DNA from: the human T2T-CHM13v2.0 reference genome, Homo sapiens
Length of the DNA: 64,000 bases
Direction: 5' to 3'
NCBI GenBank assembly: GCA_009914755.4
Contig: CP086569.2
Location: forward strand, 22,208,001 to 22,272,000
The translations under genes and the position numbers were made by a program. Below the pieces are notes generated by a model. The model was not told where the DNA came from and made no database searches. It saw only the letters and a program-made list of their open reading frames with translations. Shown here one piece after another: positions 14,659-36,659 of the stretch (its first letter is position 1; each line of letters begins with the position of its first letter).

Positions 14659-15614
14659 TACTTTCTGCTTTCTTCTCCGCCATGGTTTCCTTCTTCCCAG
14701 ACCTCACATGTCCATAAAAATTTTCATTACATTTCTTCTCTGTCTATCCAAAATTCCTCTTCAGTTATTATTATTTGTGCCTTCTCTGCACTTTGGCTAA
14801 TGTTAACTATCTATAATTTGTGTCAGATAGGCTAGGATCTTCATATTACAATCTCAGGCTTCTATAAACTAGTGTTTAATTAGGGCAAATAATATATTGG
14901 TTTACTAGTCCACAAATTTATTTTCTCATACAATACTCACTTTCATGTAGACCTAAATGGGACTATGTGAAAAATTTCTTGAAACTATTCAAAAATGTTT
15001 CTTTTTCACTTAGAATAAAATACAAACTTTCTACCCAAACTTGAAGGGTCTGGCTTCCCCTCCTCCTGTATCTTCCGTTGTCACTTCAACCCCTTTCCCC
15101 CAGGTTCATTGTACCCTCAAACACCTATTAAATCAACTCTCCTCCCTTTAGGGTCTTTTTTCTCCTTCTATTTTTCTGAATCTTTGCACACTCAGTTTCT
15201 TCTCATCCTTTAGGTCTAGGCTGTAGAGTCACCCCCAAAGAGGAATTTCCTAAGCTTCTTGTTGAAAGACTTTGGCAATGAACTTCCACTCTCTCAAGCA
15301 AATTATTTTTCACACAGCACCACCATGATTATATTTCTCACAGTGCTTAAGACAATCTGAAATGATTTTGTTCATTAATCTGTTTGTTCATAATTTTCTG
15401 ATAGTATAGAAAATACAGGGATCAAAGGTTATTCTTACATTGTTCACCATTCTATGCATAGAACTATGAAGATATAGCGCCTGAATAACTGGTGCTTAAT
15501 AAATAACTAGAGACTAAATAGTCTAATGAATGGAAATATGTGAATCTACTAGGAGTTTTCATGACATGTACATTTCTTTATGTCCCTAAATTATTTATAC
15601 TTTTGAGAATGCTG

Positions 15615-16270
15615 TGAAGACCAAAATTGTAAGAACTAAAGAAGGAGGAAAGAAACACAAAGGGTGGCTTGAGTGTCAACAAGGAGAGATTTATTTTAGA
15701 AAATAAACCTGACGGGGATTTCTTGCCAAGTTGAGTCAGAGCCACACTCTCTTACAGATTAAGACTTTTCAAGGATTCAGGACAGGACAGTTTATTACAG
15801 GCTTGGACTGCTTATATGTCTCTTTGTTGTGCTTATCTGGGAGGGAAAGTTGTGTGTCTGTTGCCATACATCTTCCTGAAGCTGCAGGCATACCCCCGAG
15901 ACTGCTTTTAGCTTTCCTATCTTAGTGCACCTGAAGGGAAAGCAATGTGCTTATTAAGGCCTACTGTTTTACTGGTGCCCACTGTATGATGGTGAAGATT
16001 GGCAGTTACCCAAGAGACTTTCCTCCACCTCCCTCTGTGCCCCAGCTGTCTTATCTGTGTTTACCTGTCTGCTTTTTCTGGCTGCTTGTTGTTAGAAGAC
16101 AGGTGATTTCTTTGAAGTGCATGAGGTTAGAAAGGAAGCTGGATCTTCAATTGGTGTTTTGTCCAAGATGATGGTGCCCTTGCTCTGTCATTCCACATCC
16201 TTTACTTACAAAAGAACGAGGGGCCACCTGTTCTTTCTGGCTACTTCCTGCTGATAGGGGGGTGGGGCTG
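15615..16270 (+). mobile_element. Unclassified LTR-sized interspersed repeat, copy 1 of 2 (paired with 36660-37300 on the minus strand)
   Basis: About 650 bp aligns with the reverse complement of 36660-37300 at roughly 75-80% identity by eye. Shared stretches include 'gaaacacaaagggtgg...agatttattttag...ggcttggactgcttatatgtctctttgttgtgcttatctgggagggaaagttgtgtgtc...gctgcttgttgttagaagacaggtgatttctttgaagtgcatg'. Confidence 0.6.
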
Positions 16271-17724
16271 AGAGTTTTTTTGATCTTGGATCCACTGCAG
16301 GAGAAACACCGTCTGTAGATATTGTTGGGTAGTTGTCTGTGAAATGGCTATGATTCTGTTGATTAAAAATTTTTGGAAAAGTTTATCGAGGCCGGGTAAG
16401 AACTCTAATCCTAGGCTTTTCAGCAGCGTTTCATATTAGGCTTGATTTGTTGAGACAGAAGCAACATTTCCCTCCAGGCAGAGGCACATGTTTGGAAAGA
16501 CCCATGTGTTATTGTTTTATTAGTAACTGTTATATCTGCTATGATGATAATAATTAAACAAAATGCTACAGTAATTGAGATTCTTTGTTCTATATTTCAC
16601 CCTTAGGGTGCTACAATATGTAGTCCTACTGCAAATAGGAGAGTGAGGAAAGCAATTCCCATAAGGTTGGCATAGTAAATAACTTTCGTTAAAAAACAAC
16701 AACAACAAAAAAGCTTTAATATCTGGCTTAAAGGACAGGTAGGAATGACAAAAAGTATTAGGTAAAGTAGGGTCGAGATTAAGATGAGTAATTTTGACGT
16801 ACTTATATTTTATGATTTTCAGGTTAAGATTTCTTATTTTTTTACACTGATATTTAGGACGTTTTTCTGGCTACTAGGGTTTATTTTCTCAGCTCTTTAA
16901 GCTTCGGCTTGAGTGTGTAGTATCTAGGAGTTGATTTCTGTAATGGATATAATTTAAACTGTAGAAAATAGTAAAAATTGAAAAACATTTGGCAGACTAG
17001 AATTTAAGAACAGGTGTGCTATAGTTTTTGAAACATAATTTTCTTTCTTCAACTTTCCATTTTTATTAAAAGAAAAATCATGGTAGGACTGCTTTCCTTT
17101 ATTGTACTTGGCTTAATTAGTTGTATACAGTGCAGCAAGAATAATTATTTGCTACACAGGCCTTTTAACTAAGCTTTGACGGAAGTTTGTGTTATAGAAG
17201 GAATTTGAGATCAGATTTTTTAAAGCCAAGCCCAGCCATGGATTTGTATCCTTAAATACCTGTGAATTGGGTGAATTCCTCTCCTCTTGAAGTTTTAACA
17301 TAACTTGCCTTTCCTGGCCTGTCTGAAAGTGACATTCCTTACTTGCCACAGATCAGAAGCCCTATACCAGGGCTGTGTACACAAATATGAGGCCAGATTT
17401 CCAAGGGCTTTATTGGTTACATAAGTTTGATTCCTTAAAGGAGAGCATACCATTCCTGTCCAAACCTTGGTAAAATAACCACTTTTTCCAATTGTGTTTT
17501 GTTACAAAAGAAAATAGATTCATATTGCACTGATGCAAACAACTATATTGTGGTAGTTTAAGAATACTTATAACTAGTATTCAAATTCTAGAGAAACTAA
17601 GGAGAGAAACAAACACACTTTAATTTCCACTTACTGAAGTACACTTTTTTTAGTTGTATGATTCCATATTTTTTTTTTTAGTTTCTTAAAGAAAGCCTAC
17701 CTTTTATTCTGCCATTTTATACAA

Positions 17725-19800
17725 GAGTCTTTCTTTTTTTCTTTTTAATACTTTAAGTTTTAGGGTACATGTGCACAACATGTAGGTTTGTTACATATGT
17801 ATACATGAGCAATGTTGGTGTGCTGCACCTATTAACTCATCATTTAACATTAGGTGTATCTCCTAATGCTATCCCTCCCCCATCCCCACACACTACAACA
17901 GTCCCCGGGGTGTGATGTTCCCATTCCTATGTCCATGTGTTTTCATTGTTCAATTCCCACCTATGCATGAGAACATGCAGTGTTTGTTTTTTGTCCTTGC
18001 GATAGTTTGCTGAGAATGATGGTTTCCAGCTTCATCCCTGTCCCTACAAAGGATATGAATTCATCATTTTTTATGGCTGCATAGTATTCCATGGTGTATA
18101 TGTGCCACATTTTCTTAATCCAGTCTATCATTGTTGGACATTTGGGTTGGTTCCAAGTCTTTGCTATTGTGAATAGTGACACAATAAGCATACGTGTGCA
18201 TGTGTCTTTATAGCAGCATGTTTTATAGTCCTCTGGGTATATACCAAGTAATGGGATTGCTGGGTCAAATGGTATTTCTAGTTCTAGATCCCTGAGGAAT
18301 CGCCACATGGACTTCCACAGTGGTTGAACCAGTTTACAGTCACACCAACAGTGTAAAAGTGTTTCTATTTCTCCACAACCTCTCCAGCACCTGTTGTTTC
18401 CTGACTTTTTAATGATCGCCATTCTAACTGGTGTGAGATGGTATCTCAGTGTGGTTTTGATTTGCATTGCTCTGATGGCCAGTGATGATGAGCATTTTTT
18501 CATGTGTCTTTTGGCCGCATAAATATCTTCTTTTGAGAAGTGTTTGTTCATATCCTTTGCCCACTTTTTGATGGGGTTGTTTGTTTTTTTCTTGTAAATT
18601 TGATTGAGTTCATTGTAGATTCTGGATATTAGCCCTTTGTCAGATGAGTAGATTGCAAAAATTTTCTCCCATTCTGTAGGTTGCCTGTTCAATCTGATGG
18701 TAGTATCTTTTGCTGTGCAGAAGCTCTTTAGTTTAACTAGATCCCATTTGTCAATTTTGGCTTCTGTTGCCATTGCTTTTGGTGTTTTAGACATGAAGTC
18801 CTTGCACATGCCTATGTCCTGAATGGTATTGCCTAGGTTTTCTTTTAGGGCTTTTATGGTTTTAGGTCTAACATTTAAGTCTTTAATCCATCTTGAATTA
18901 ATTTTTGTATAAGGTGTAAGGAAGGGATGCAGTTTCAGCTTTCTACATATGGCTAGCCAGTTACCCAGCACCATTTATTAAATAGGGAATCCTTTTACCA
19001 TTGCTTGTTTTTGTCAGGTTTGTCAAAGACCAGATAGTTGTAGATATGCAGCATTATTTCTGAGGGCTCCGTTCTGTTCCATTGGTCTATATCGCTGTTT
19101 TGGTACCAGTAGCGTGCTCTTTTAATTACTGTAGCCTTGTAATATAGTTTGAAGTCAGGTGGGGTTATGCCTCCAGTTTTGTTCTTTTGGCTTAGGATTG
19201 ACTTGGCAATGCAGGCTCTTTTTTGGTTCCATATGAACTTTAAAGTAGTTTTTTCCAATTCTGTGAAGAAAGTCATTGGTAGCTTGATGGGGATGGCATT
19301 GAATCTATAAATTATCTTGGGCAGTATGACCATTTTCACAATATTACTTCTTCTTATCCATGAGCATGGAATGTTCTTCCATTTGTTTGTATCCTCTTTT
19401 ATTTCATTGAGCAGTGATTTGTAGTTCTCCTTGAAGAGGTCCTTCACATCCCTCTTAAGTTGGATTCTTAGGTATTTTATTCTCTTTGAAGCAATTGTGA
19501 ATGGGAGTTCACTCAGGATTTGGCTGTCTGTTTCTCTGTTTTTGGTGTTTAAGAATGTTTGTGATTTTTGCACATTTAGTTTGTATCCTGAGACTTTGCT
19601 GAAGTTACTTATCAGCTTAAGGAGATTTTGGGCTGAGACGATGGGGTTTTGTAGATATACAATCATGTCATCTGCAAACAGGGACAATTTGACTTCCTCT
19701 TTTCCTAACTGAATACCCTTTATTTCCTTCTCCTGCCTGATTTCCCTGGCCAGAACTTCCAAAACTATGTTGAATACGAGTGGTTAGAGAGGGCATCCCC
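17725..19800 (-). mobile_element. L1 (L1PA-like) 3' fragment, 5'-truncated inside the ORF2 RT domain; it carries the 3' UTR and a poly-A (poly-T on the plus strand)
   Basis: The track ORFs 17961-18974(-) and 18995-19762(-) translate to L1 ORF2 C-terminal and RT peptides (e.g. '[33 protein letters not shown]', '[33 protein letters not shown]'). The 3' UTR 'ttaagttttagggtacatgtgcacaacatg' is read as a reverse complement. Confidence 0.95.
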
Positions 19801-19962
19801 ATCTCTTTGTCTCTTTCTCTCTGGTTCTCTCTCTCTCTCTCTCTGTTTCTCTCTCTCTCTGTTTCCCTCTCTTTCTGTTTCTGTTTCCCTCTCTGTTTCT
19901 CTGTTTGCTTCTCTCTCTGTGTTTCTCTCTCTCCATTTCTCTCTCTCTGTCTTTCTCCTGCT
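19800..19962. repeat. (CT)n / (CTCTGTTT)n pyrimidine-rich simple repeat abutting the L1 truncation point
   Basis: 'ctctttgtctctttctctctggttctctctctctctctctctgtttctctctctctct...' runs for about 160 bp. Confidence 0.9.
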
Positions 19963-20357
19963 TCATGTTATATGCTAGCAAAATGATGATGCAAGGATAG
20001 AAGTTATCTAAAGACAGATATTGCCTGTTTGAAAAGCCCAACCAAAAAATAAACTAACACTGATTTTTTAAAAAGCCATATATAGCATGAGGAATGAGGA
20101 CATCTTGTTTTTGTTATTACTGCTGTTTCATTCAAGAAAAGGAAAACTAGGACAAAATTTATTCCTATGTATACAGGTAACAGCAGCTCAACACAATCAA
20201 TGGATATCTACACTGATTTGAGTGAAAAATGCAGGACCCCATTTAAATGGAAATATGTTATTTTAAAATCAAAAAAGCTAAAGTTTTAAGCATTCCAATT
20301 CACAATGTGAATTGTGTCTTTTTTATATAAAATGAGATAATGTAAGTAAGACACGTG

Positions 20358-20488
20358 TTTTAATTGTTATTGCTACTGAGGTTATCATCACTGTTCTTGT
20401 TAATGCTACTTTTAATTTTCTAATTGCTATTACTACTGAGATTATCATCACTGTTCTTTTTAATATTACTTAATTTTAATTTTCCTGT
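20358..20488. repeat. Tandem duplication, 2 x about 62-65 bp
   Basis: 'taattgttattgctactgaggttatcatcactgttcttgttaatgctacttttaattttc' is followed by 'taattgctattactactgagattatcatcactgttctttttaatattactt..aattttaattttc'. Confidence 0.85.
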
Positions 20489-21679
20489 ATAGGCCTTAGT
20501 CTAACACTTTTTTACCAAATGCTTGTTTGGCAAAACTATTTTTTTTTTTTTTAGGTAATGAGTATAAAAGTTAGTGTATCAATAATGCTGCCTAATTATC
20601 CATACCAAAACTTGGTGGCATTTTATAGTAAGCATGTATTTTTTGCCTTTGTAATTGCAGATGAAGAGGGATTTTTTACTCTTCTAGGCTTAGTTGGACT
20701 TGGTTTTGTCTCAGTGCACTCTAATGTGTTCTCTTTAAACGTAAAGCTAAGTTATTTTCTACTTGTAAAGAAAAGCAGGAAGGCAAGAGGGTGAGTTCAA
20801 TTGCCAAACACATTTCACGACCTTCCTTGTTTCCCACGTCTGAGCATCCCATTGGCCCCTACCAGGAAGCAAGGAGCAGGAAAGCAGAATTCTGCCATGG
20901 AAAGTATGAATATGTGCTAAGCAATAGGACTATTAATTTTAAATAATAAGCTGTCAGGTGGTTTTTATTCTGTGAAGAATTAGATTGCAAGTGACTTGTA
21001 CATGTTACCTTTCTACATGTACACCCAGAAAGCTTTATCCTTTGCTCCTGATTTTAAGGGTGTTCAATTGTCATGTCTTTTTCTCACTTCCACTGGCTGT
21101 ATTCCTCCACTCTTCTAACCATCCTCCTACTTATTTTAGAATCAAAGTGAATTATGTCTTGCCAGTCAGAGTTTATTAATCTTGGATCCTGCAAATATAA
21201 AGATTGTTATACATCTTCCTAGTTCTTTTGGTATTATTATTATTATTGGAAAATGTATACCTTTTTTAAAATAACTAAAATGAAATAATTTTGTAACATA
21301 ATCCATTTTACAATGAGAAATTCCCTCTCAAACACATGCACACATAAATATTCTACATGGCAAATTTATTATAATTCAAATTAACATGAAATATTAAATT
21401 TAATTTACATGGTTATTAGGGATTATGTTTTGTCAAATACAAGGTAAGTTGAAATGTTAAGATTTTTTCTCTTTTTGTCACAAAATTGCCAAACACACGT
21501 GCCAAAGTATTAACACACAGTATCATACATATGAGATTCCATTTAACAAATTTTGACATTAATTCATTGTTTGATTCAAAAATTTCTTCCTATTTTAATA
21601 AAGATACACATTGGAACTTTATCTGTTCTGCACCTTTTTAAGGCTTCTTTTAATAATGAACTTAAAAATTAAATTTTTA

Positions 21680-27810
<6,131 letters not shown>

Positions 27811-27939
27811 TTTTAATATTATTGCTGGCATAGTCTCATTTTTATAAATAGGTGTCCTGTTCTTTAAATGATGATGTATGATACACAGGGAGCAGGATAA
27901 CCTAGAGCTTTTACATTTTATTTTATATATATTTCATAT

Positions 27940-28226
27940 ATATTTTTGAGACAGGGTCTCACTGGGTCACCCAGGCAGGAGTGCAGTGGCACAATCTCAG
28001 CTCACTGCAATCTCCTCCTTTGGGTTCAAGTGATTCTTCTTTCTCAGCCTCCTGAATAGTTGGACCAAAGACATTGACCACCATGCCCAGCTAATTTTTG
28101 TATTTGTAGTAGAAATGGGGTTTTGCCATATTACCCAGGCTGGGCTTGAACTCCTGACCTCAAGTGATCCACCCGACTCAGCCTCACAAAGTGCTTGGAT
28201 TACAGATGTGAGCCATCGCGCCTGGT
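27940..28226 (-). mobile_element. Alu SINE, minus orientation
   Basis: 'tttttgagacagggtctcactgggtcacccaggcaggagtgcagtggcacaatctcagctcactgcaa...ggattacagatgtgagccatcgcgcctgg'. Confidence 0.95.
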
Positions 28227-28856
28227 GTTTTGCTAATTTTGTTTTGATCTTATGTATAGTTGCTTGCAGCAAAAGAGCCAGTAATTAATCAACACATCAT
28301 AGATATACACAACTAAATTTCCAAGAGGAATATGTTTCCAAGATCAAGTAAGTTACTATGGAAACTTATTAACAAAGTCCTCATTCAAGAGGATTGCAGA
28401 AACTGAACTATGCTCATCGAGATTAGTGTCATAATGTGGTACAAAGACACTGAATAAGATTATATGATTAACGTTTTGTTGCAGTTGCAGGTCGACTTTC
28501 ATTGCTTAAACCACCTACAGTGCCCCACTCAAACTTGAATGGAAGTGAGGCAGTCAGAATTTGGAGGAAGGCCCAGCAAGAACAATCAGAGCCCAAGGAC
28601 AGAATCCTGGATTTGCCTATGGTGCTTTATGATCTTTCACAAGGTAACTGTGAAATGATCAGTGTAGACAGCATATCTTCTGTCATAAATTAGATATTTC
28701 AACCAAATTTATTCTCTTAAATTTATCTGTCCTTACTCTAAATAGTTAAATCCACTATATTGAAGATTTAAAGTTGAATCCAAAGAGTCTTTAATGTTAC
28801 AAAGAAATATGAAGTTACCTTAAGTTAAAATTGTTTACTGGATATTAAAATAACTA

Positions 28857-29195
<339 letters not shown>

Positions 29196-31902
29196 TTAAT
29201 GTTGACATAAATAATGTTATCTCAGGATTATATTTTAATGTGTGCTTCAATAATGATCTCTCCATTGGAAGCCTCTAGGAGAGAAGGAATCATTGAGTTT
29301 CAATCACACAAATATTTCCAGAGACAGACACACATTTGCTTTGAAAAGTGTGCTTTTTTACAGTTTTCACTGGAGGTAATGAATATCTGACAGTAAAGAA
29401 CAACTTTTGTAATTCCTAAATACCTGACTAGTAGTATCATTTTTATATATAATATATTTATTTTCATTCATCAGGAATTAATCATGCACCTACCTTAATA
29501 CCAACCCAGCAAAGTTAAAATCATACGGTACCTAAAAATATAAACAGTATTCTACTTAAGTAGAACTTGCTATCATGCTGATGTTGGGTTTCCATCTATT
29601 CCTCTGAAACAACAAAGAGGTTATTGCTTTCAACATATGCAGTTGCTAGTTTCTGTTACCATTGTTAAAAAAGGACTCATTTGACAATTTTTTGATACTT
29701 TCTAAACTAGAAAGCTTATTAGTTTTACTTTACACCACCATACAGCACATATTGCTACTAAATAAATGATTTGTCACCAAATAATGGAATCTGTAATTTG
29801 TAGGAAGAACAGAAACCTAGGCTCCAGGTATCCCAAAGTAGAAATCCTCCTAGGAGGTATAGTAATTTGGAGCTCTGCCATAGTTGATTAGTGATGAAGA
29901 GATCCATAAAGCTTTGTGGGAGGTACTGCATCTGTGACATTGTGTCTAGCAAGAATAAGGGATACTCAAGATACATGCTAGTTTCACTTATTTCAGTTTA
30001 TACCCATGAATCAATGACACAACTCTTCAAAATGTGGTGGATCAGCTACACACAAGACAGGAAGAATAAGATATGACTGGATACTCTGTTTCACACATTA
30101 TGGATTTAATCCTCAAACACATCCAAATGAATACAGTTGGAATAATGGCTATCCACTTCTGGGTAAAATAAAACGCATTGTAAACCTTAGCTTTTTAGTT
30201 AAAACGTAAGTATAGTATTAACCATTTTTGTTCATTCCATCTTTTAACTTCATTGCAATGAAGAGAATAGTGGATGACATACAGACCATCAGTTTCCTGC
30301 ATTTTGAGTAAAATTATAAAGGATGATTTATTGCACTTTCTTGGAGAAGCAAATTAATTTTCACAACTTTTCTAGGTTTCTCATTGCCAGCTGATCACTT
30401 CTTATAAAGAAATAGAAGACAGTTCTGCTCTATTTAAAAAGGACATTATCAATTGGTCTCAATTTTTGTCTTCTGTTTTAACTGAAGCCTTATTCAAGGA
30501 TATTCAAGATATGCATTGTCTGTTTTTGTTTTGTTTTGTTTAAGTAGGAACTATGGAGCCAGAAAAAGGTGCCTTGCTGATGAGTTAAAGTTAACAGAGG
30601 CTATACTGGTCTTACGGAAGATCCAGGGGGCAGATTGGCCAGGAAAGAAGGGCCATGGTCATGAGCCATTAAAGTGTTCCCCTCAGGGTGCATTAATAAC
30701 AGCCGAGGCATTAGAGGGATTCCCTCTAGAGTCATCAGTTTTGATTATTTAAGTCTTTTTCCCCCTGTTGACATATAGACAGACACAAAGCTAGGGAACC
30801 AGTAACTCTACTCTAGTTACTGTAGGTGCTGGTGTAAAATCACAAGTCTCCAAAGCCACTTGTAAATACAGGACCCATCTGACTAAAGAGTGTTCCTCTT
30901 GGGAAATACGCTGTATTATCAAAAGGAGGAATTTTGTGAATTGATACTACAGTTTAAACTCAGTGTACTGGTTCTTCTGAAGTTCTTATAATTATAGATT
31001 GAAGTGATGATGGTTTGTTTTATTCTAACTCATTGAAGGTCCAGTTATTCCCTTCTACCACCCCCAAAAATGTATCCTAAAAACTGAAACAAAGTGATAG
31101 TACTGTTTTGGAAAAGCCCATCCCACACCAAGATTTATTTTGACAAAAATAGTTTCAGTGATTCCTCACTGATGGCAATCAAAGTATCGGCTGTAATTTT
31201 GTAAAGATTTATGAAGTTCCAATTAGATCCATCACTGCAGTTAGAAAAGCAGTCTCATCTACATTGTTGGAAAAAAAAGCAGTCTCATCTACATTTCTAG
31301 AAAGGGGAGATGGCTGGTAAGGTCCAATTGGAAAAGCATTCAGAAGACAAGAAGGTGAATTAGCAAAGTGGAAAGAGATGTTGAATGAAAAATATGCAAA
31401 TTTTTTATGACAAACTGCTTGTAAATCGTAGGTTATGTATAATTTGAAACATAGAAGATTGATGGCCCTACATCAAACTTAGTGCCAGAGTAAAACAAAA
31501 GGAGACGTGTGCCACTGTGGTCTTTCCTGAAATACAAAGTTCCAAAAATAAATAAATAAATAAACAAACAAACATAGAAATAATAAACTGAGAGGCTGAG
31601 AGTGAATAAGGGATTGATGGTCAATAAGACTATCTGGAAGTCACCAAAGAAATAAGACCATAAACAAAAAATGGACCATGTTTAAAAAGCTTCAGGAACA
31701 TGATCAGGTCATGCCATATGGTGCAAGTTGGGTTTGACTGGTTCAGTTGAAGCCAGAACCTACAAATAATGTATGGATAACAGAGATCCACTTCCATTTA
31801 CACTTACTGCATAGCACAAATTTTGGCTTTCTTATTTAATGAAATAATGCAGTAACCGAGTTCATGCTGATGACAAGCTTTATCTTTAGCTTTTTGTGAC
31901 AC

Positions 31903-31968
31903 CTCCCTTCCTCCCTCCCTCCCTCCCTTCCTTCCTTCCCTTTCTTCCTTCCTTCATTCCCTCCTTCT
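31903..31968. repeat. (CCTT/CCCT)n simple repeat
   Basis: 'cctcccttcctccctccctccctcccttccttccttccctttcttccttccttcattccctccttc'. Confidence 0.9.
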
Positions 31969-34142
31969 TTGCTCATTTTTAACGAGAAGTCCAATTGAAC
32001 CATGGCTTGTGCTTTTTTGACCTAATTTACAGGCTTTAACATGTTACTGATTGGACCATAATGTCAGGTAGCTAAGGAAAGGCAGTGAATAATTCAATTT
32101 GATTTAGTTTGTCTTTGATTTGAAACTTAAGGCCATGAAATGGTATCATCTCCAGCACCCTGAGTAGGAATAGTTCCATCACAGAAATAGATGATAATTA
32201 ATTTATTTAACCACTCAGTTTTGAAGTCTTCAAGAACTTAGTTGAAATAAAGATGGTGAAGTCTCCCAATAAAATGAGCTGAGACTTTAAGATCAAGCGG
32301 AGGTAAGGCACTAAAAATGTTGAATTGGTAAAGCTGATGTTGTGTTACTAATTTTCTCTGAGAAAATGACATGGAGCAAGATTTGAGACCATCAAAAAAC
32401 AAACTAAAAAAGGTACTTAATTGAATTTAAAAGAAGTTAGATGACTTCAAATTGATTTGAAGATATTTTAAAATCTATGTCTGATTTCACAAAATTAAAT
32501 TAGATGTTTTATAATAAAATAAACTTGTTTTGAGTTTTAAAGTCACACAACCATACCCACACATTATTTTTGTTAATTAATGGAAAAGAACATAAGTTCT
32601 ACCTATTGACATAGTGGCAAAATAATAAAAAGGAACACACAACTCAAATATTTCTACACACACACATATGCATTCTAAGTGACATACAGGGTTACTTCTA
32701 TGTAAATTGCAAAAAATATTTCAGTCTTGTGTATTTTTCTTCTCTTTAAAAATAAAGAAAAAAACACAGGCAGAATAAGAACTAACCAACATGAAATAAA
32801 CATTTTTTTGACAGAAGTGGAGAATAAGTCTGGACCATGTCACTGGGAAATCCATGAGGGATAAACTTGATTATATGTAACATGCTAAGAGATATGTCTT
32901 AAAGCAGTATTTGCAAAGTAAGCACAGTGTTTTCACTTACTTTACATGTGACACATTGGGCCGGTAGTGTGAGGAGAGCCACTGCTTGTCCCTTCACTGA
33001 TCCTCAGTCACAGGCTATGACGGTGGTATTGAAAATTAGACAATAGGTCTGACATAGAACATTCAGATTGAGTGCAAGATAATACACATTTGCAGATATC
33101 AAGCTGAGTGCAAAGGTTCCACATTTGCAGCGACTATTGTTTTTTTGAAAAAAAGTTTTTATATGCCGGGAGCAGTAAGCTATACTATTACAGATCTGAG
33201 ACATCTGGAGAGGGCAACTCATTATATGCTGCAAGTCTTGACAACTGGAACTTAAACGGTAGCTCATGCAAACATTCCCCTATGGTGACTATGGTTACCA
33301 ATACTATACTGTATACTTAAAAAACTTGCTCGGAGAGTGGATCTTTATTGTTCTCCCCCAAAACAAACAAACAAACAAACAAAAAACACCCTAAACAGAT
33401 AGCAAACACAATGAAATTATCTTAAAGCGTACTAGAAATAAATGACAAATTTCCCATACATGAATGGCATTTACACTAGCAAGAAGTTTCTAAAAAGCAA
33501 CAATTAAACATAAAGAAGTAGGGTTTTTTCAAGCCATGATCTAAAATAATATATATTTTTAAAAACTATCATTAAAGTGTGAGTGTAAAATGAAGATACT
33601 TTATGATATACCAAACTTGAAAGGTTATAGTACAGTTTGTTTGCTGAAATAATTTCTTAAGGTTAAGTTTCAGGAAAGAAGAAATTTCACACAAAGGGAA
33701 AATTTAAGAAGTAAGATGAGTAAAGAAATTAATAAAGAAGAACATATCCCTAAGCTAGCAATAACAATGTAAACAATAACACTAACAATGAGTAATTAAG
33801 CATATAGGTAAGGTGTACCTAAAATTCTGAACAATATGATTAGAATTTAATTACAATTTAATTGACAGAGTTTATGAGAACAAACAAAATTGTGAGCCAT
33901 ATAAAAATGAATGTAGTAAAAAAAAACCCAAAAATTTTCAAGGAAAAGTACTAAATTTTATTGAAAGGCATAATAAATGAAAGCCAAAAAAACATAAGAA
34001 GTGTGCCAGGCCATTGTTAAAAAAATCTTCACATGATAAGACGTCTCTTTTTATATTAATGTATAAATTCAGGCAATAATAATAAAAATTACAGCAAGAT
34101 GCTTCATGCACATTGACAACCTGATTCTAAATATGGAATTGA

Positions 34143-34551
<409 letters not shown>

Positions 34552-34926
34552 GAGGACTCTGTTTAATAGTGAACACTTTTATACAGCTATTTCTAAATAT
34601 TATAGTAGGGAAAAATCTATTGCAAATAGAAGTAACCTAGAAAAATACACTATTATGACAGAATTACAGTCTAAACAATGCTGAAGTAATACACTACTCA
34701 ATAATAGCCTAAGAAAAAAACTGAAGGCAAATTGGCTAAACACATTTGTTAATGACATATAAAAATAAACCTTTATGTCATGGTATACACAAGACTAAAT
34801 GGATGATGATTTTAAAAATACTTGTGAAAACCAAAGCTGCCAAATTGCTAGAAGAAAATATTAGAGAATAATTTATAGTATCAGAAAAATACTGTTAATA
34901 GCACCTAAAAGGCTTTCATAAAAAAT

Positions 34927-35324
<398 letters not shown>

Positions 35325-36002
35325 TCATATGACTAACTGAAGAGAGCTGTAGCACAAAGCATTAGTACAAAATAAAATAACACACATAAATCGGCCAGAT
35401 AAAGGGCAAAATATAGAACAAGAGTGAAGCGTATGAGCAGGCACTTCACAGAGGAAAAAATGCTGAATGTTTAACAAATACATGAAAAGAAAATTAAGAC
35501 CACAATAAAAGGCCATTTTTTTAACCCATGATACTGACTAAAATTGAAAAGTCAAACATCATCAAATGTTGACAAGAGTATTGGGAAGCAGGAACCTTAG
35601 TATTTAATACACTGTTGCTGTGAATTGACATGGTAACTTCAGAGAGTTCTGTAGCCATGCTTGGTAAATTTGGAGACAAACATACCAAATTACCAGGAAC
35701 TTTTATTTCTTGATATACACTACAAAAAAGCATTTTCATATGTTTATAAAAAGAAAACAGGACCAAATGTTTTGCAGTTAAGAAGACATCGTGGAAAACT
35801 TTTAACTCTCAATGGAGAGTATGTGTAAAAGATTGCTTTTCTTTCACATAATGGAATGCAATACAGTGGTTAAAATGAAAGAAATAGAACTGTCAGTATA
35901 AACATTCACAATTTCAAAACTATAATAACAAGTTTGAAAACTAAATTGCAAAGGGATATATTTGGTATAAAATATTATATACTCTTTAAATGCCTCCAAA
36001 GC

Positions 36003-36055
36003 AATAGTGTGTGTGTGTATATATATATCATATATATCATATATATATATGATAT
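36003..36055. repeat. Compound microsatellite (TG)n(TA)n / (ATATATCAT)n
   Basis: 'gtgtgtgtgtgtatatatatatcatatatatcatatatatatatgatat'. Confidence 0.9.
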
Positions 36056-36659
36056 TTTCTCTATAAAACATATGTGTGGGAGAATTATACACAAAATTCA
36101 GGATAATGATTACTTATGGAGAGAAAGGAGGAAGAAAAGATGGAGGTGTTGTACAGCCTTCAATATCCTCATAATATTTATTTACTTTTTCAACTCCTAA
36201 GAGAAATTAACTGATACAGAAAAATGTTAACATTTAATTACTGAATTATATTTAATAAAGGCATACCTTGCTTAGTATGCAGCAGTCACTGTTATACATG
36301 CTTTACAAATATTACTTGATTTAATTTTAATGGTAAAACCTATGAGGTAGTATTATTATAATGCTCATTTCCTAGATTACAAGACTAAGGCAAAGAAAGT
36401 TTCAATGGCTTGCACAAATTCACATAGAGCTAGATTTGAAGCCAGGTATGTCTATTGTCTATTCATATGATGCCCTTTCTTGCATGGCTCATTTCTTCAA
36501 CATCTGTAGTACATGTAAATGGATATTTACAATATGTTTTTTCATACTTTGGGATTTTCTGAAAAGCATCATAATTAAAATCAAACACTTAAAATTAAAA
36601 TCAGGGAAATTCTGCTTGCCACTATTAGGTGACAAAAGGACCATATATATGTAGAAAGC

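Noticed and set aside
16500-16720. AT-rich segment that briefly looked mitochondrial-like (possible NUMT)
   Set aside because: I could not match any stretch to human mtDNA rRNA or tRNA sequence from memory. It is more likely old low-complexity or decayed repeat sequence. A BLAST against NC_012920 would settle it.
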